From the NCBI GenBank assembly GCA_028534125.1, contig CM052832.1, positions 21,206,001-21,270,000 on the forward strand: 64,000 nt of DNA, in the 5' to 3' direction. Source of the stretch: Lama glama (taxonomy: Eukaryota). Within the stretch, counting starts at the first letter, position 1; each line of letters begins with the position of its first letter. Under the pieces are notes generated by a model. That model was not told where the DNA came from. It searched no databases and was given only the letters and a program-made list of their open reading frames with translations. Position numbers and translations under genes: made by a program. Of the stretch, positions 24,898 to 38,794 are shown in pieces.

Positions 24898-27800
24898 AAA
24901 AAATCAAAATCAATGCAAAAAAAAATCCATGATGAACCAAGTATCAAAATTTTAAATATAGGATCAGTACGACCCTATTTTCCCTTTGCCCCAGGCTCTA
25001 GTGTGGCTCCGCTGGGCACTGCCAGGATGGCTGTCTGCCTCCGGCTCAGCATCCTGCCTAAATGGTCCTTGTCTAGCCTTTTATTGCATCTAAAGTGGAC
25101 CTTGGGACACAGGAATGCCAACCATCGCATCCTCCTGTTGTGGTTTGGAGGGTTTGGGGTCAAAGAACTTGATTTCATTAACTTGGAGACAGTGCTCTTT
25201 CCTTGGAAAATAAAAGTTAGATTGAGTTCTGTGGTCCTTAAGCAAACAGACTTTTATTCCAGTGATGGGATCAACCAGCCTAGGACATACAGGTGCATGA
25301 GCAGCCCTACTTACTCTGCGATGCTCAGTGTAAGGGACACCCGGCGGCAAGTGTAATGGCCAAACGGGACCCTCTGGGGAAGTCCCTCTGCCTCAGATGC
25401 TGCTTTCTGATCAACCCCTCTGGGTGTGTAAAATTTTAAATCCTTTATAAACATCAATGATTGGCATAATTGGTGTAATTATAGGTATCTAAAAAGCAGA
25501 AAATGCCTCTGTAACAGCTGCCAATAGTTGGTTTCAGGAAACATGCAGTCACTTGTGGAGAGCCAGGCTCGGGATATAAACTCCTGGGTAATATTACTTC
25601 CAGATGGACCAACGTGAATTAGAGATGGCACAGAGATGGAGAGAAAAGAGCTCCCTCCCAAGGGACCAGGCCATGCAGGAATCCCAGGGTAGGAGATGGG
25701 GAGGGCCTCCGCTGACTGTGATGAACGCGTACAGGTTACAGAACCACAGTGGTCCCCAGCCTCTTACACGAGGAAGAGCTAGAAATGAAGGGTTTCAGTG
25801 ATCTTTTATTGGGTTTAGTTTTTAAATGTTCCACGATTGTTAAGGCTGCAGTTAATCGTAGCCAAAGGGGAAAGCAATTGGCAGTCCTAGTCTGCAAATA
25901 TCTGTCTTCCTACAAATGGACTTGGAAGAACTGGGGATATCTTGGATTTTTCTACTCCCTAAAACTTTGAGGCTACGTTTCATTCATAAAATGCCTGTGG
26001 TTTATTGAGAAATTAGCCAATTTTGTCAGTCATATTTGAACCTATAACATTTGCATGCTGCTCTTAACACCCTCCCACTCTTTTAGAGAGCATGTGAGTT
26101 TGGAAGGGGAAGGGGAATTCACTGGGAGAAGTGGAAACGACTTAGAGGAATCAACCCTCTGGCAGATGCCCAAGGCCTGCTACCAGCGGGTCTGCCCAAA
26201 TGGTGACCGATGACTAAATTTCTACAGCTCAAGAAATCGCCCACATTTCCTGAGTTTTCTCACTTCATTTTGTCAAACTACTCACCCTTCCACAAATAAA
26301 TGGCTTTACTGAACTCAGCATTTTCCTTTTTAAAATGTAAACAAGTCTAGCAGTTAAGAGACTCAGCATCATTTCATTAAAAAGTTTCAACCATATTGAT
26401 GTTCTTCTCATGCCTACCTGACAGTGGTCCTCAAGGAAAGACACTGGGTTTTATCTTGTTTTGAGGGGACAGGGATTTTTAATAACAATTTTGGTAATAG
26501 TTAATTTGGGGGCATGGACTGCTTTCCAGGGTTAGGTGGAGGATTTTTGTAAAGCAAAGTAAGGATCAGTGTAAGGCAATGGGCCAGATGGCCTCTCCAA
26601 TATCGTTGCCTAAAAAGTTTAAAACGCTATGATCATATCCTAAAGCAGTGGTGTATTTTTTTTTTCAACTTTTGAGCAAAATTTTTTATGTAAAGCAGAT
26701 AAAAGAGGAACTGTTCTGGTTGTGTGTCTATATGTAGGTTTCTTTGAGCACATCTGTGTAAAGGAGAAAGAAAAGGAAGGTAGTGACCCTTGGGCTTTAT
26801 GAGGACTAGACAGGGTGGACCCCCTTTCCGATTATATAAAGTAGCCTTACACCATCCCAAAACATGTTTTGCCAGTTTGTCACACGGGCCATTTCCCTCG
26901 CAGGATATAGTGTGATAAGACTGGCATCTGGTGCAGGAAAGAAAGAAAAATAGAGCATCTAATGACACTGTGGTGTGGTCCATAACTTGTTGGTCATTTC
27001 CAGTTCTTAAAAAGTTAATACAGTTTTTACATTTACCCTCAAACTTGACTTAAATCTCCTCTCTTCTCTCCTCTTCAGAGTCAACTTCAGCAGCTCAGAG
27101 TGGAAAAATACTGTCTCCCTGTGCCACATCAAAACGTTAACTCCTCCAGTGTGATGAGGGGAGGGAGCAGGGGAGAGAATGGTATGGACATCCCTGTACT
27201 GACCTGGCGAGAGCTGTCGCCCTGTCTCTTTGTGTTGATCTCCAGTGAACACCTACTGTTCACTGATGGCCTTCTGAGCAGTGGGCATCCAAATGCTGGT
27301 TTTCCCAAGGGCATGTATGTGGGTTCTTCTGATGACAAGCCCCTTCCCTCCCTTGTCTTGGAGGATTCCAGCTTGGAGTCTTCCTTACTTCTCTAATCCC
27401 TGCTCTCCAAAGTACTCCCTACTGGCTTCTCAGATTCCTACTTTAGTGTATTTGACTTGTGCAAAGTCACGTCCTTTCTGTGTCAAATGGTAGAAAGCAA
27501 AGTCAACAAGCCCCTCCAGGCCCTCTCCCTCCCTTTCTCTCTCTCCATGTCTCTCTCTCTAACTCTCTCTCTGGTGGAGCAACTCAGTTGCCTAAGCGTA
27601 TGACCAAACACAACAGGGTGAGGGTCTACTGTGCTCCCCTCAAGGGTGTTTCTGGACTCAATTCTTTTCCTTCCTTTTCCCCAGTCATCTTCTTCGGACT
27701 TGGTGGGTGGGGTGAGAAAGAGAAGGCTGATTATATCAAGATCCATTCTGCTCTGGATGACTGGCGTAGGGGCTGTCTGACCTCCAATGTTGGGCACTCT

Positions 27801-30800
27801 CTTTAGGATGTGGTATACTTAATCCCTGTGTTTGTACCTCTGAGCATTGGTGACAAAATTAAAGCTATAAGGGGAAAAAATCATTCTATTAAATAGATAA
27901 AAACCGAGCTGTTTCAAGTGACGATATTGTGGACGGCAGGGGAGGAAAGGCGTATGCTCCATGGGTGTTGGGCTTGCCCTCCGGGAGGACAGGGAGACCT
28001 CAGAGGAACACAGGTGGGAGTAGGAGGGCGTTCAGACCCCAGGAGCAAAGGTTAAAAAAGAAGGATGGGAGAGTGAAGAATATACTCAACTCATCAGTGG
28101 GTAGACACTCAACAATTGGCTCAGCAGTGAGCACAAAACCCAGAAACAGCCAACTGGCCGCCTGGCAAGTGATGGATGACATAATTGGGTATGCGAAGTC
28201 CTGTCTTAAAATGGAATTTGAAGGAACAAATATGGAGAAAAGAATCAAGAAACTGGAGTTGGGAGAGAGTTAAGACATGTAGGAAAACCAAGAGAATATC
28301 TGATCAGTAATAATATTTTCTCGGTCTTGATGTTAAATTGGGCAAATAATGAACCTGTTCCCTAGAGCCCTGGATCTTGAATGATGTTTCTCTAGTTCCC
28401 TGACAGTCATGCTTTTCTCTGCAATAAAGCCCCCTGATTTTAAGTTAGTCGAGTGAGTCTGTTTCTTGCAATCACAGGGCCTAAAAAAAAAGTAGAGCCA
28501 GTTACACAGGAGCCTGGTGAATTCTAACAGAAGAAGAAAAATGACCAGAAGGAGGTAATCTCTGTCCTCATGTACATTTCAGTTGTCACAAAATCCCTCT
28601 GCTTTGTCACCACGTGGGGGTCAAGGGCTATGTCCGTCATTGTTCTCTTTTTAAAATCAGGTATGTTATCAGAGACTTGGGATAGGAAAATCATCTCACA
28701 GTGATTTGCGATGCCCCATTTTACATGCTAAAATAATCTATTCATACTCTGGGGGTGGGGGGAGGTGTAAAATGATTTGTTTCAAAGTCTACTTTAATTT
28801 TTAATCTTAGTTCACTTAGACCTATCACTAATTTTTCTCCCCAACACCCACCCACTTTACACTGAACCAGCTCCAGGGTGGAAAACCTGTCACAAGCCGA
28901 TGTCTGTTAACGCTAAGATTTAGCAATTTCATTCCTAGAAGCTGGTCAAGAAAATCTCTCACATGTTTGCACAGATATGAACAAACAGACATCGTTATGA
29001 CAATCGAAACTGAAAATCTTCTTAACCAGCATTTAATTTACTTGACCACAAGATATTTGTTCACAGAACACCTATTAGAATCTTAAGAGACATTCTTTCA
29101 AAGAGTATTTGGGAAAAGCAAAGAACTTTTCACCTTCAGCGACACCTCCCTGCCCCCTATCCTAGTTTTTTTTCCCCTCCAACTTTTGGATTCATTGGGT
29201 GCTCACCGAAAAATGAGAAGTCAGCAAATCGCCAAATGTCCTAAGCATCACCTCTTTCAGACACAGGCTCCTGGACCTGCTTCTGCCAGGGGAGGAACAA
29301 AGTGCAATGTGTTTTAAGACTAGGGCCCCACCACTTCCCAGGAACTTCACATAAATTATTCAAAGCCTCAGAGGATTGGCAAACAAGAGAGATAAAAGGC
29401 CCACATCGGGAGTGTGGGAAAGGGGAAGAAGAAAGCAGAGGCCAAGGCTGAAGGTCAGGAGTCCCAGAAGAGACCGTTTTCACAGGTTTTAGGTGTTGGA
29501 GCTGGGGAAGTTAGGACAAGCCCTGGTGAGAGAGTGGTAATTAACCACACGTACAACAGGAGCTAACTGACTGTTAAACAGGGCCTGGCTGCCCAGCTTT
29601 CATAAAAGCAGTTACAGGCACCATACACTTCAGCCAATCGTCATGCTACACCGCAGGGCATTCAGCGTATGGAGAGCCCCCTAAAGATAACCCTCAGTGT
29701 TTTCATTTGCCTCCCATCTTTTAGCTGCACATTGTGAAAGGAAACAGCACATTCGTTAGTTGTCCAAGAACCAGTCCAAAGAACTCTATTTGGGGGTAGA
29801 TATCTAAAGAACCAACCAGGCTAAATGATGATAAATATGATATTTGTTTCTTCTCTTACATCCTATCCTTTAAAAATAAACACCTCAAATGGAATATCAT
29901 TTGAATGTCCTGCGTGTGATGCAAAGATACAGAGCACTTTTGTGTACTGAGACACCAGCGAGTTACAACGTGGTCCTCGGAGAACACATCCGCAGGGTAA
30001 AGGAAGGCCCAAACGTGAAGCTTCCTGCCCTGACTTGACTTAGGCCTGGCCTGTTTGGCAGTACTCCATAAACCAACTGCCCTGCATTGAACCTGTCAGA
30101 AGAAAACAAAATGGGCTAAATTTATTATCACCTGGATCCACAGATACACACACATGAAGGTGCATTGCTAACCAAGGCACAAACCAAACTGCAGCAGCCT
30201 GGTCCAACAGCCCCCTGGGAAATACCGTTTGGTGATGCGAGGCTTTTTTTTTTTTTCTTCTTCTTCTGTTTAACATTGAGAAGGAAAACAACACATGCAG
30301 GAAACCATAAAACCCTTCAAGTTAACTGTAGCCAACGGTCAATCTCATTAGGATATAATGGGTAGGCTGCTGCCCTCTCTATACAGACTGAGTATGCTCC
30401 TCTGAATAATTTCCAATTATCTCACTTTCAGATAACATAGCAGAAGTTCCACTCACCGTATTTATATCGCTCCTTTTCTGTTCTGCCTCAGTTATTTCCT
30501 CCAAAACTCAGTCCCTGACTTCATCTTTTATTTTAGCGCGTCTGTTGACCTGGAAAATGGACGCACATGCAGATAATCAGGGACACTCACCCTTTCAACC
30601 AGCGAGACTGAAGGGTGTCCCTGGGAAACGGACAGGAAGTCAGAGGCCTGCCAATCCTCCTCCACGGCCTGAGGCCTGGGCTAAGTCTCCATCTGCATGA
30701 CCCGAGGAGGAAAGACATCTGTTTATGGAAATCAGAACCAGGGCTCAAGCCAAGGGGTTCCTGGGCCTTTTCTCTCTCTTTTGACCTCACTGAACCACTT

Positions 30801-33800
30801 AATTCCACTTTTCCATCGAACAAAAGGGACTCCTAAACCCTTGCTTCATGTTTATTAGGAGAAAATGCTAAAGCAAACTCTCACGGAAGCAGTGATTCTC
30901 TAACTTCAGTGAGCATCGTATGGGGGACTCAGGAGATCCCCAGCCCCACAATCTGATCATCTTTATAATCTCTGCCCGTAACAAGAATCTCGGGGTAATT
31001 CTGCAACGTGAGGGTTCATGTACCAGACCGAGAGGTACCAATTCAGGGGATTTATTGTCAAGAACACAGTATCTTCTGTATCGCTTGCACTATGCTAGGC
31101 TGGAACATGTGTTATCTTTTTAGAACAACCCGTGAGGTAAGGACCTAGCATTCAGGAGCCCACAGAGGCAGCCAGGCACCATGCCAGGAAGGCCACATGT
31201 GTCATTCCACTAGATTCTCGCAACAGCTTTGTATGTCACATAGCATTCTTCCTAGTCAACAATTTAGAACACTGAGGCATCAAGAGGCTGAGAACAGTGA
31301 CCAATGTCCTTTACAGCTAGTGGGTCTAAGAGGCAGCACCATGACCCAGGCTTTCAACAAATCCCAGGCTCCCCCTTCCTACAGCTAAAATACAGCCTAA
31401 CACGCAAAAGCATTTTTGGAAGCTCTTAAAGCGCCACTGAAACAACGTCAATGTAAAGTCAACAAGTAACAATCAAATATTTATATTACACAATGAAACA
31501 GAGATGGCAAATTTGGGGAAACTTAAGTATTTAAGACCTCGTTCCTGTCTTCCAAGAATCCCAGTCTGATGGGAGAGACGGGTTTGGCTATGTTTAAGAG
31601 TTTTGGAGAACTGGAAGATGGGCTAAAATCATTGTGTGCAGGGCCCGGAATGGCAACATGTGCATTTTGTGCTGCATGCTGGGCAAGGGGGAATCTGGTG
31701 GGTTTTCAGAAGGGTCTGAACACCATGCTGATGCCTGAATTGCATCCCTCCCGACCCTCCTCTCCACTTGGGCTTTCAAATGACAGCCAGAGTGAGGATC
31801 TGGAAATGCATGTAGAGAGAATTTTCCAGGAGAATTGGAGGGGTAGGGTAAATGTTAATAAATATGGGTTAAAGAGATATTGTACTATAGGCCTAAAAGG
31901 AAAAAAAAAAAGGCATAAAACAAAAACTACCAGAAAGAAAAACAAAGCATACCAACCTTCCACCCTGAGAAATCCAAATGGGTAAGATGGATTTGTATTC
32001 TTACCAGAATTCTTAGCCTTTTCTTGACATATGGATCTATCCAGATGCACCTTTAAAAGAAATCATTTTAAATTTATGATTAAATAGTCCAAACCCTAAC
32101 ATTATTATGCAAACCACTTTTTTGATTTGTGGGTACCCTACAAACACAGGAAATAGTAAATGTGGATGTCTGCTTCCCAGCCCTTCGCTTTCTCACTTTT
32201 TTCAGAATCTCTTAATGCCTCCAGCATCCCCGCCCCCCAGCAATGTGAACACAGAATCCAGGAAGCCTTTTGAGGTACTCAGCCCATCCTACCAGCTTAC
32301 ATTTTTTTCTTGGCACTTAAGGTATTCGACTAGGAATGGACAAAACTTGCTTAAGCAAGTATTACGGATTCACATTTCTTATGGAGCCCAGGGCCAGAGC
32401 AGAATCTTGAAAGAAAAATGGCTTGTTATTCTTAAAGTCTAAAATTTATTCTTTTTTATTGATCCAAATGATCTGAAAGAAAAAGTCATACTAAATTGTT
32501 TCTCAAGTTTATTATGCCTGGTACTACCTACCACATAAGTACCCCTATGAATCAAAATTGATTCAGAGGAAAGAAAGTACAAAAAACATTCCTTACATTT
32601 ACTCTGTCACCTCCTGGGAAGGACATGCACTTCATTTAAGCTTTTGTTTGTAAAACAATGTTATCAAAATTCTTAAAATAGTTAAAGCATCTGCCCTTAC
32701 ACAGAAAGCCAAGGGAGAAAAAAAAAAATAGAGTTCTAGCAGGAGAATCCTACAAAATGAAATATACTTTAAAAATTGCACCATGTAGTCTTCATTTACA
32801 TCAAGGTTTTGACACTTTGAATCTGAAAAAACTAAACAGTGAACAAAAATTATATGTAAACACTTGATAGATGAGTCCTTCCTCCTTTTGCAAAGGTCTT
32901 TGAAGAGACTTAAGACACCAGTCTTGAAGGTTTTTTTTTTTTAAATTAGGTATTACAATTGCAGGACACAAATGCAAGTAGAACTAAATATATCAGGGAA
33001 TACATGAGAGACTAGTAGTTAAAATGATCTTTAAAGAGTGAAATTAATATTGAAACACAATAATCGTATTATTTTGGAGGAGTGAATTACTGCTTTTCAT
33101 TGAACAAAAAAACTGCTTGTTTTGGGACTACAGGCTCCAAAAATCTTCCAGCTGAATATTCCAGGACGAAGGAGACTTCCTTGCGTACAAGAACGTCCTA
33201 ATGATTAAAGGGTTATTCCACAGATGGCTGCTTATTAACCCCCTCCTCGCCAGTGTTGAGGGGAAAAAAAAGAGAAGACATATAAAGCACACATTTTTAA
33301 TGAACATTTGGAAGTGAAGATGTGTTTTGTTAGTTAATGGCAATTGTTAACCCTCAAAGTAAACAGGAAATAGTGCTCTTTTGCAAGTTGCAGGTTCCAA
33401 ACCAAATACTAATGGGTCTTAGGAAATCCAAGTTTTTCTGCTTGCATACCGGTCTCAATAACCCTGCACCTGATGACTATAAAAAATATGTCTCCACAAG
33501 CTGAATGCGTGCTGTTTCTCGGATTGCAGGTGGGGGTGGGGAGAGCTTTCCTCTTAGTCCTTCCGGAGCCAGCTTCTCCAGGTCACCCCTATTACTGCTG
33601 TTTCACTGACATGAATAACCATGTTGGTCATGGCACAAAACGGATTATTTTAGCACCACGTGAACTTTTCTGCTTTTGAGGAAAAAATTCAGACAACTTT
33701 TATATTTTATAACCTTTGTCCTCTAGCATATATTGATAATTTAACAGGTTTATTTGTTCTTCATCTGTGGGAAGCAATTCTAGCCACTGCTAGATGGTAC

Positions 33801-34192
33801 CTATGGGAAAGTGAAGAAGAAAGCAGCTTCAGGAGCATGTTAAAAAAGGATCAGCCAGCTGGTTCCACCTGTAAAGAACTCTGTCCACGCTGCCCCTCCC
33901 TTCTCCTCTTTTGAAAATTTCAAGACAAAGGGCGTTGACTTAAATGATGCAAACTCAGAAAATTCCTAAAAAGCATGTAGATGTTGACACACACTCAGCT
34001 GATGCCATCATTTCAGGGTTAGGGCCTGCCAAATCCGCCAAGAGGAACTCCGTATTCCTCAACAAGGTGGCATTTAACAGACTTCCCTGAGAACTCACTT
34101 GTTTCAAAGCTAAGGCAGATGGTGTAGTTTCTCCACACCGTAGGGCCCTCCCAGTCTTAGGCTCTGGGCATAATAATGACAAAAGTCAAGAT

Positions 34193-36886
34193 TTAGGGTT
34201 CAGTTCCAGCTGATTTTATTTCCTTCTCAAAAAAAGTTATTTACAGAAGGTATATATCAACAATCTGACAGGCAGTGAACTTGACGTGATTAGCTGGCAT
34301 GATTTTTTTTTCTTTTTCCCCCAAACATTGTTTTTTGTGGCCTTGAATTTTAAGACAAATATTCTACACGGCATATTGCACAGGATGGATGGCAAAAAAA
34401 AAGCTTAAAAACAAAAACCCTTAACGGAACTGCCTTAAAAGGCAGACGTCCTAGTGCCTGTCATGTTATATTAAACATACATACACACAATCTTTTTGCT
34501 TATTATAATACAGACTTAAATGTACAAAGATGTTTTCCACTTTTTTCAATCTTTAAACACAACAGCTATAAACCTGAACACATATGCTATCATCATGCCA
34601 TAAGACTAAAACAATTATATTTAGCGACAAGTAGAAAGGATTAAATAGTCAAATACAAGAATGAAAAACGCAGTACATAGTGTCGCGAACTCAAATCGGC
34701 ATTTAGATAGATCCAGTGGTTTAAACGGCACGTTTTTGCTTATAAAAAAAGTGCAAAAAAGATGTGGTTTACAAGTTAAAGCTACAGGATCCCTTTTTGC
34801 TGTAAATGCACCAGTTTTAAAGCCTCTGGATAAAACAGTATTTTGTTTAAAAAAATTTGTTTTTCTTAAAAGCATACAGTGTTTGGCTAATTCTCCTCCC
34901 CTTTTTATAAGACTGGGGAGGAAGGATGGACACTGGTGGCAGGTTAAGGGATACTGTCACTTTAAGAAGCCTGCAGATTGAAGTGTAAACATGGAGAAAT
35001 TAGGGGCTGATTCTTTAAAACTGTGTGAGATATTAACCAGCCGCCCTATTATAAAATCAGGAAATCCAAACAGCGATTTACACCGATTAACACCCCCTTT
35101 ATATATTTTTTACAAAAATACACTGAGAAAATAATCAAACGTTTTCATCTCTCTTGTCTTTTTTTGTTTTTTAAAAGTGTCAAAAGTCTACATTTAAATA
35201 TAAAAAATTAAAAGTTAAAACTCTAGCCCTTCAGTGAAGGAGACGTAAAATGGCGTGGGTAACAACAACTACCAAAAAAAAAAAAAAAGAAAGAAAGAAA
35301 AAAAAAGAAAAAGAAAAAAAGGAAGGACGAAATTAGGAAGTAAAAAGAAAGAAAAGAAAGTAAAAAAAAAGGAAAAAGGGACAAAGTAAGAAAAAAATGT
35401 TTGGCCAGTATAAATACGTCCACATATAAAATGGCATCTGATTACATTTACAAGGAAAAAAAATACGAGGATGGAGCATCGGTGAGGGAAAAAAACACGT
35501 CTTCTCATTTACACCTATAAGGAATAAACACATACACACTGAGAAAAAATTTGGTCCTGAATTGTTTTTTTTAAAGTCCAGCACAGATTTGAGTTGCGTT
35601 TGAATCCTTTAAAGAGTTAAGAATGAAAAAAAGCTGGTGATAATTTTTTGTTGTAGGAATCAAACATAGCGCCATCTATCTGCTTTTTATATTATCCTAC
35701 ACTATTTTAAAAACTGCTCAACAGTCTTATACAGAAATCTTTAAAAGATAGACAGGATAACATGCTATATTAACCCCACCAGGAAATAATCCAACACCAT
35801 CACGATTCCAATTAAGAGAAGAAAAAAACCTTTTTTTTCCCCCGAAACCACTCGCCCTCCACTAGCCCCGGGACCACATCAGTCTCCTCTCCTCCACGCC
35901 TGCGGGCCTGTGAAGTCTCACCTCACTGATTTCAGAGATGCAGGAGGCGGAGGCCCAGGAGACGCCACCACCTTCTCCCGAACGTGCAAATCCGTTTCAG
36001 TTTTATGACTCGCCCCTTCCAGTTCGTGTCCTTCTCCTCCCCGCCCCTAGCCCTCGCTGGTGTGGCTTTCCAACTAGGTTCTCGGGTCACTTCCGAGGGC
36101 CGGTCAATCAATATCTCCTCCTCTGGCTGTAGGGGCAAGAAAAAAAAGGGGGGGTAGAAAAAAAAAAAACCACCTCCAGAAACCAATCGGGAATTCGCCA
36201 GCGTGGAGTCTCTCAGTCCCGGCGCTCGAGGCCGTTCAACCCCCCAACATCTGCCGTCGGTCAAATTCGACGCCCCGGAGCCTTCTGTCTTCTTCGGGGA
36301 AGGGGGGAAGGTGGGGGCAGGGATGCGGAGAACTAAATCCCCCTGGGGCGCGCTGGATTTTTTTTTTTTCACCTCCTCTCTTGATCCAAAAAACAAAAAC
36401 AAAATAAAATAGAACAAAAACACCAAGGGGGGCGATGAGAGAGGAACGAGATTCCTTCAGTCTCTAGAAAAAAAGCCCAACTCGGCTTCTGGCCGGGGAG
36501 TGCAGACAAGTCCGGAAGCTCGTTGCGGGGGGGGGGTCTCTTCAAGCAAAGGGGAGGAAACTCGAAGTCGCTTTTTCGCCACCACCAACAACATCAATAA
36601 CAACAATAAAAGGTCGCCCCTGTCTACCTCCGCCTCCGCCGCGTCCCTCCGGCCGGGGCGGTGGGGGATGGGAGCGCGAGGCCCCAAACGCCGCCGCGCT
36701 GCTCTCCGGGACGCGGCCGAAACCGGCTCTGCTCACTTTTTTTTTTCCTTTTCCTTTTTTTCTTTTTCTTTTCTTTTTTTTTCCTTTCCCTTTTCTCTTG
36801 CAACTCTTTCTCCGTCCGTTTTTTTTCTTTTTTTTCCTTTTTCCTCTCTTGCCCCCCGGCCCTCTTCTCCCAAGCCCGCGCGCCCT
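34193..36886 (-). other. SOX4: SOX4 3'UTR (~2.7 kb)
   Basis: Runs from the stop codon to the only canonical sense-strand AATAAA I found (34220-34215). It is free of interspersed repeats and rich in miRNA seed matches. Confidence 0.8.
34215..34220 (-). terminator. SOX4 polyadenylation signal AATAAA
   Basis: Plus strand TTTATT at 34215-34220. Minus strand reads GGAAATAAAATCAGCTGGAACTGAACCCTAAA, followed by a U-rich downstream element (TCTTGACTTTTGTCATTATT). Confidence 0.85.
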
Positions 36887-38332
<1,446 letters not shown>

Positions 38333-38771
38333 TCACACCCTCGCGGCGGCCGCGGCGCGATCGCCGGGCCCTCCCGGCTCCCCGGGCCAAGCGCACGCCG
38401 AGCGGGAGGAAGCGCGCGGCAGCCGGGCGGGCCGCTCAACTCCCGGCCGGGGCGGAGGCGGGCGAAGAGAGAAAAGTCTCCAAAAGATGCGGGGCAGGAG
38501 TACTCCGCCTCTTGCGGAGGAGTTATAGTTCCCAGGCTGGAGAGTCTCCTTCCCTCTCTCTCGCTCTTGTCTCTCTCACCGCGCCGCAGTTTGCTCTGTC
38601 TCTCCTCGGCTCTGAGTCCTGGAGGCTGTGCTAAAGTGGAGAGGAGTTTCTTGAATGCTGGTTGCTGAAGCTTCTTCCAATGCAAGTTTCTCGCCGCCTC
38701 CCAGGCAAGTCTGGCTTTTTTTTTCCTTCCCCTGAAGCAGTTGATTCCAGTTCACGAGCGCTCTCAGGAGC

Positions 38772-38786
38772 TCAGGAAAGCAACAT
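38772..38786 (-). other. uORF2 in the SOX4 leader (M-L-L-S-stop)
   Basis: ACT ATG TTG CTT TCC TGA on the minus strand, with A at -3. Confidence 0.55.
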
Positions 38787-38794
38787 AGTCTCAA

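Larger units (their letters stand above)
24430..25021 (+). mobile_element. hAT (Tip100-class, subfamily uncertain) non-autonomous element split by an L1+SINE insertion
   Basis: CAGGGC... left end and ...GGCACTG right end. The body (GTGCAAAGTTTACAGGGGACCCAAAAAACTCTGTAATCAAGATAAATAAT | AATGCAAAAAAAAATCCATGATGAAC) continues across the insertion. Confidence 0.55.
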
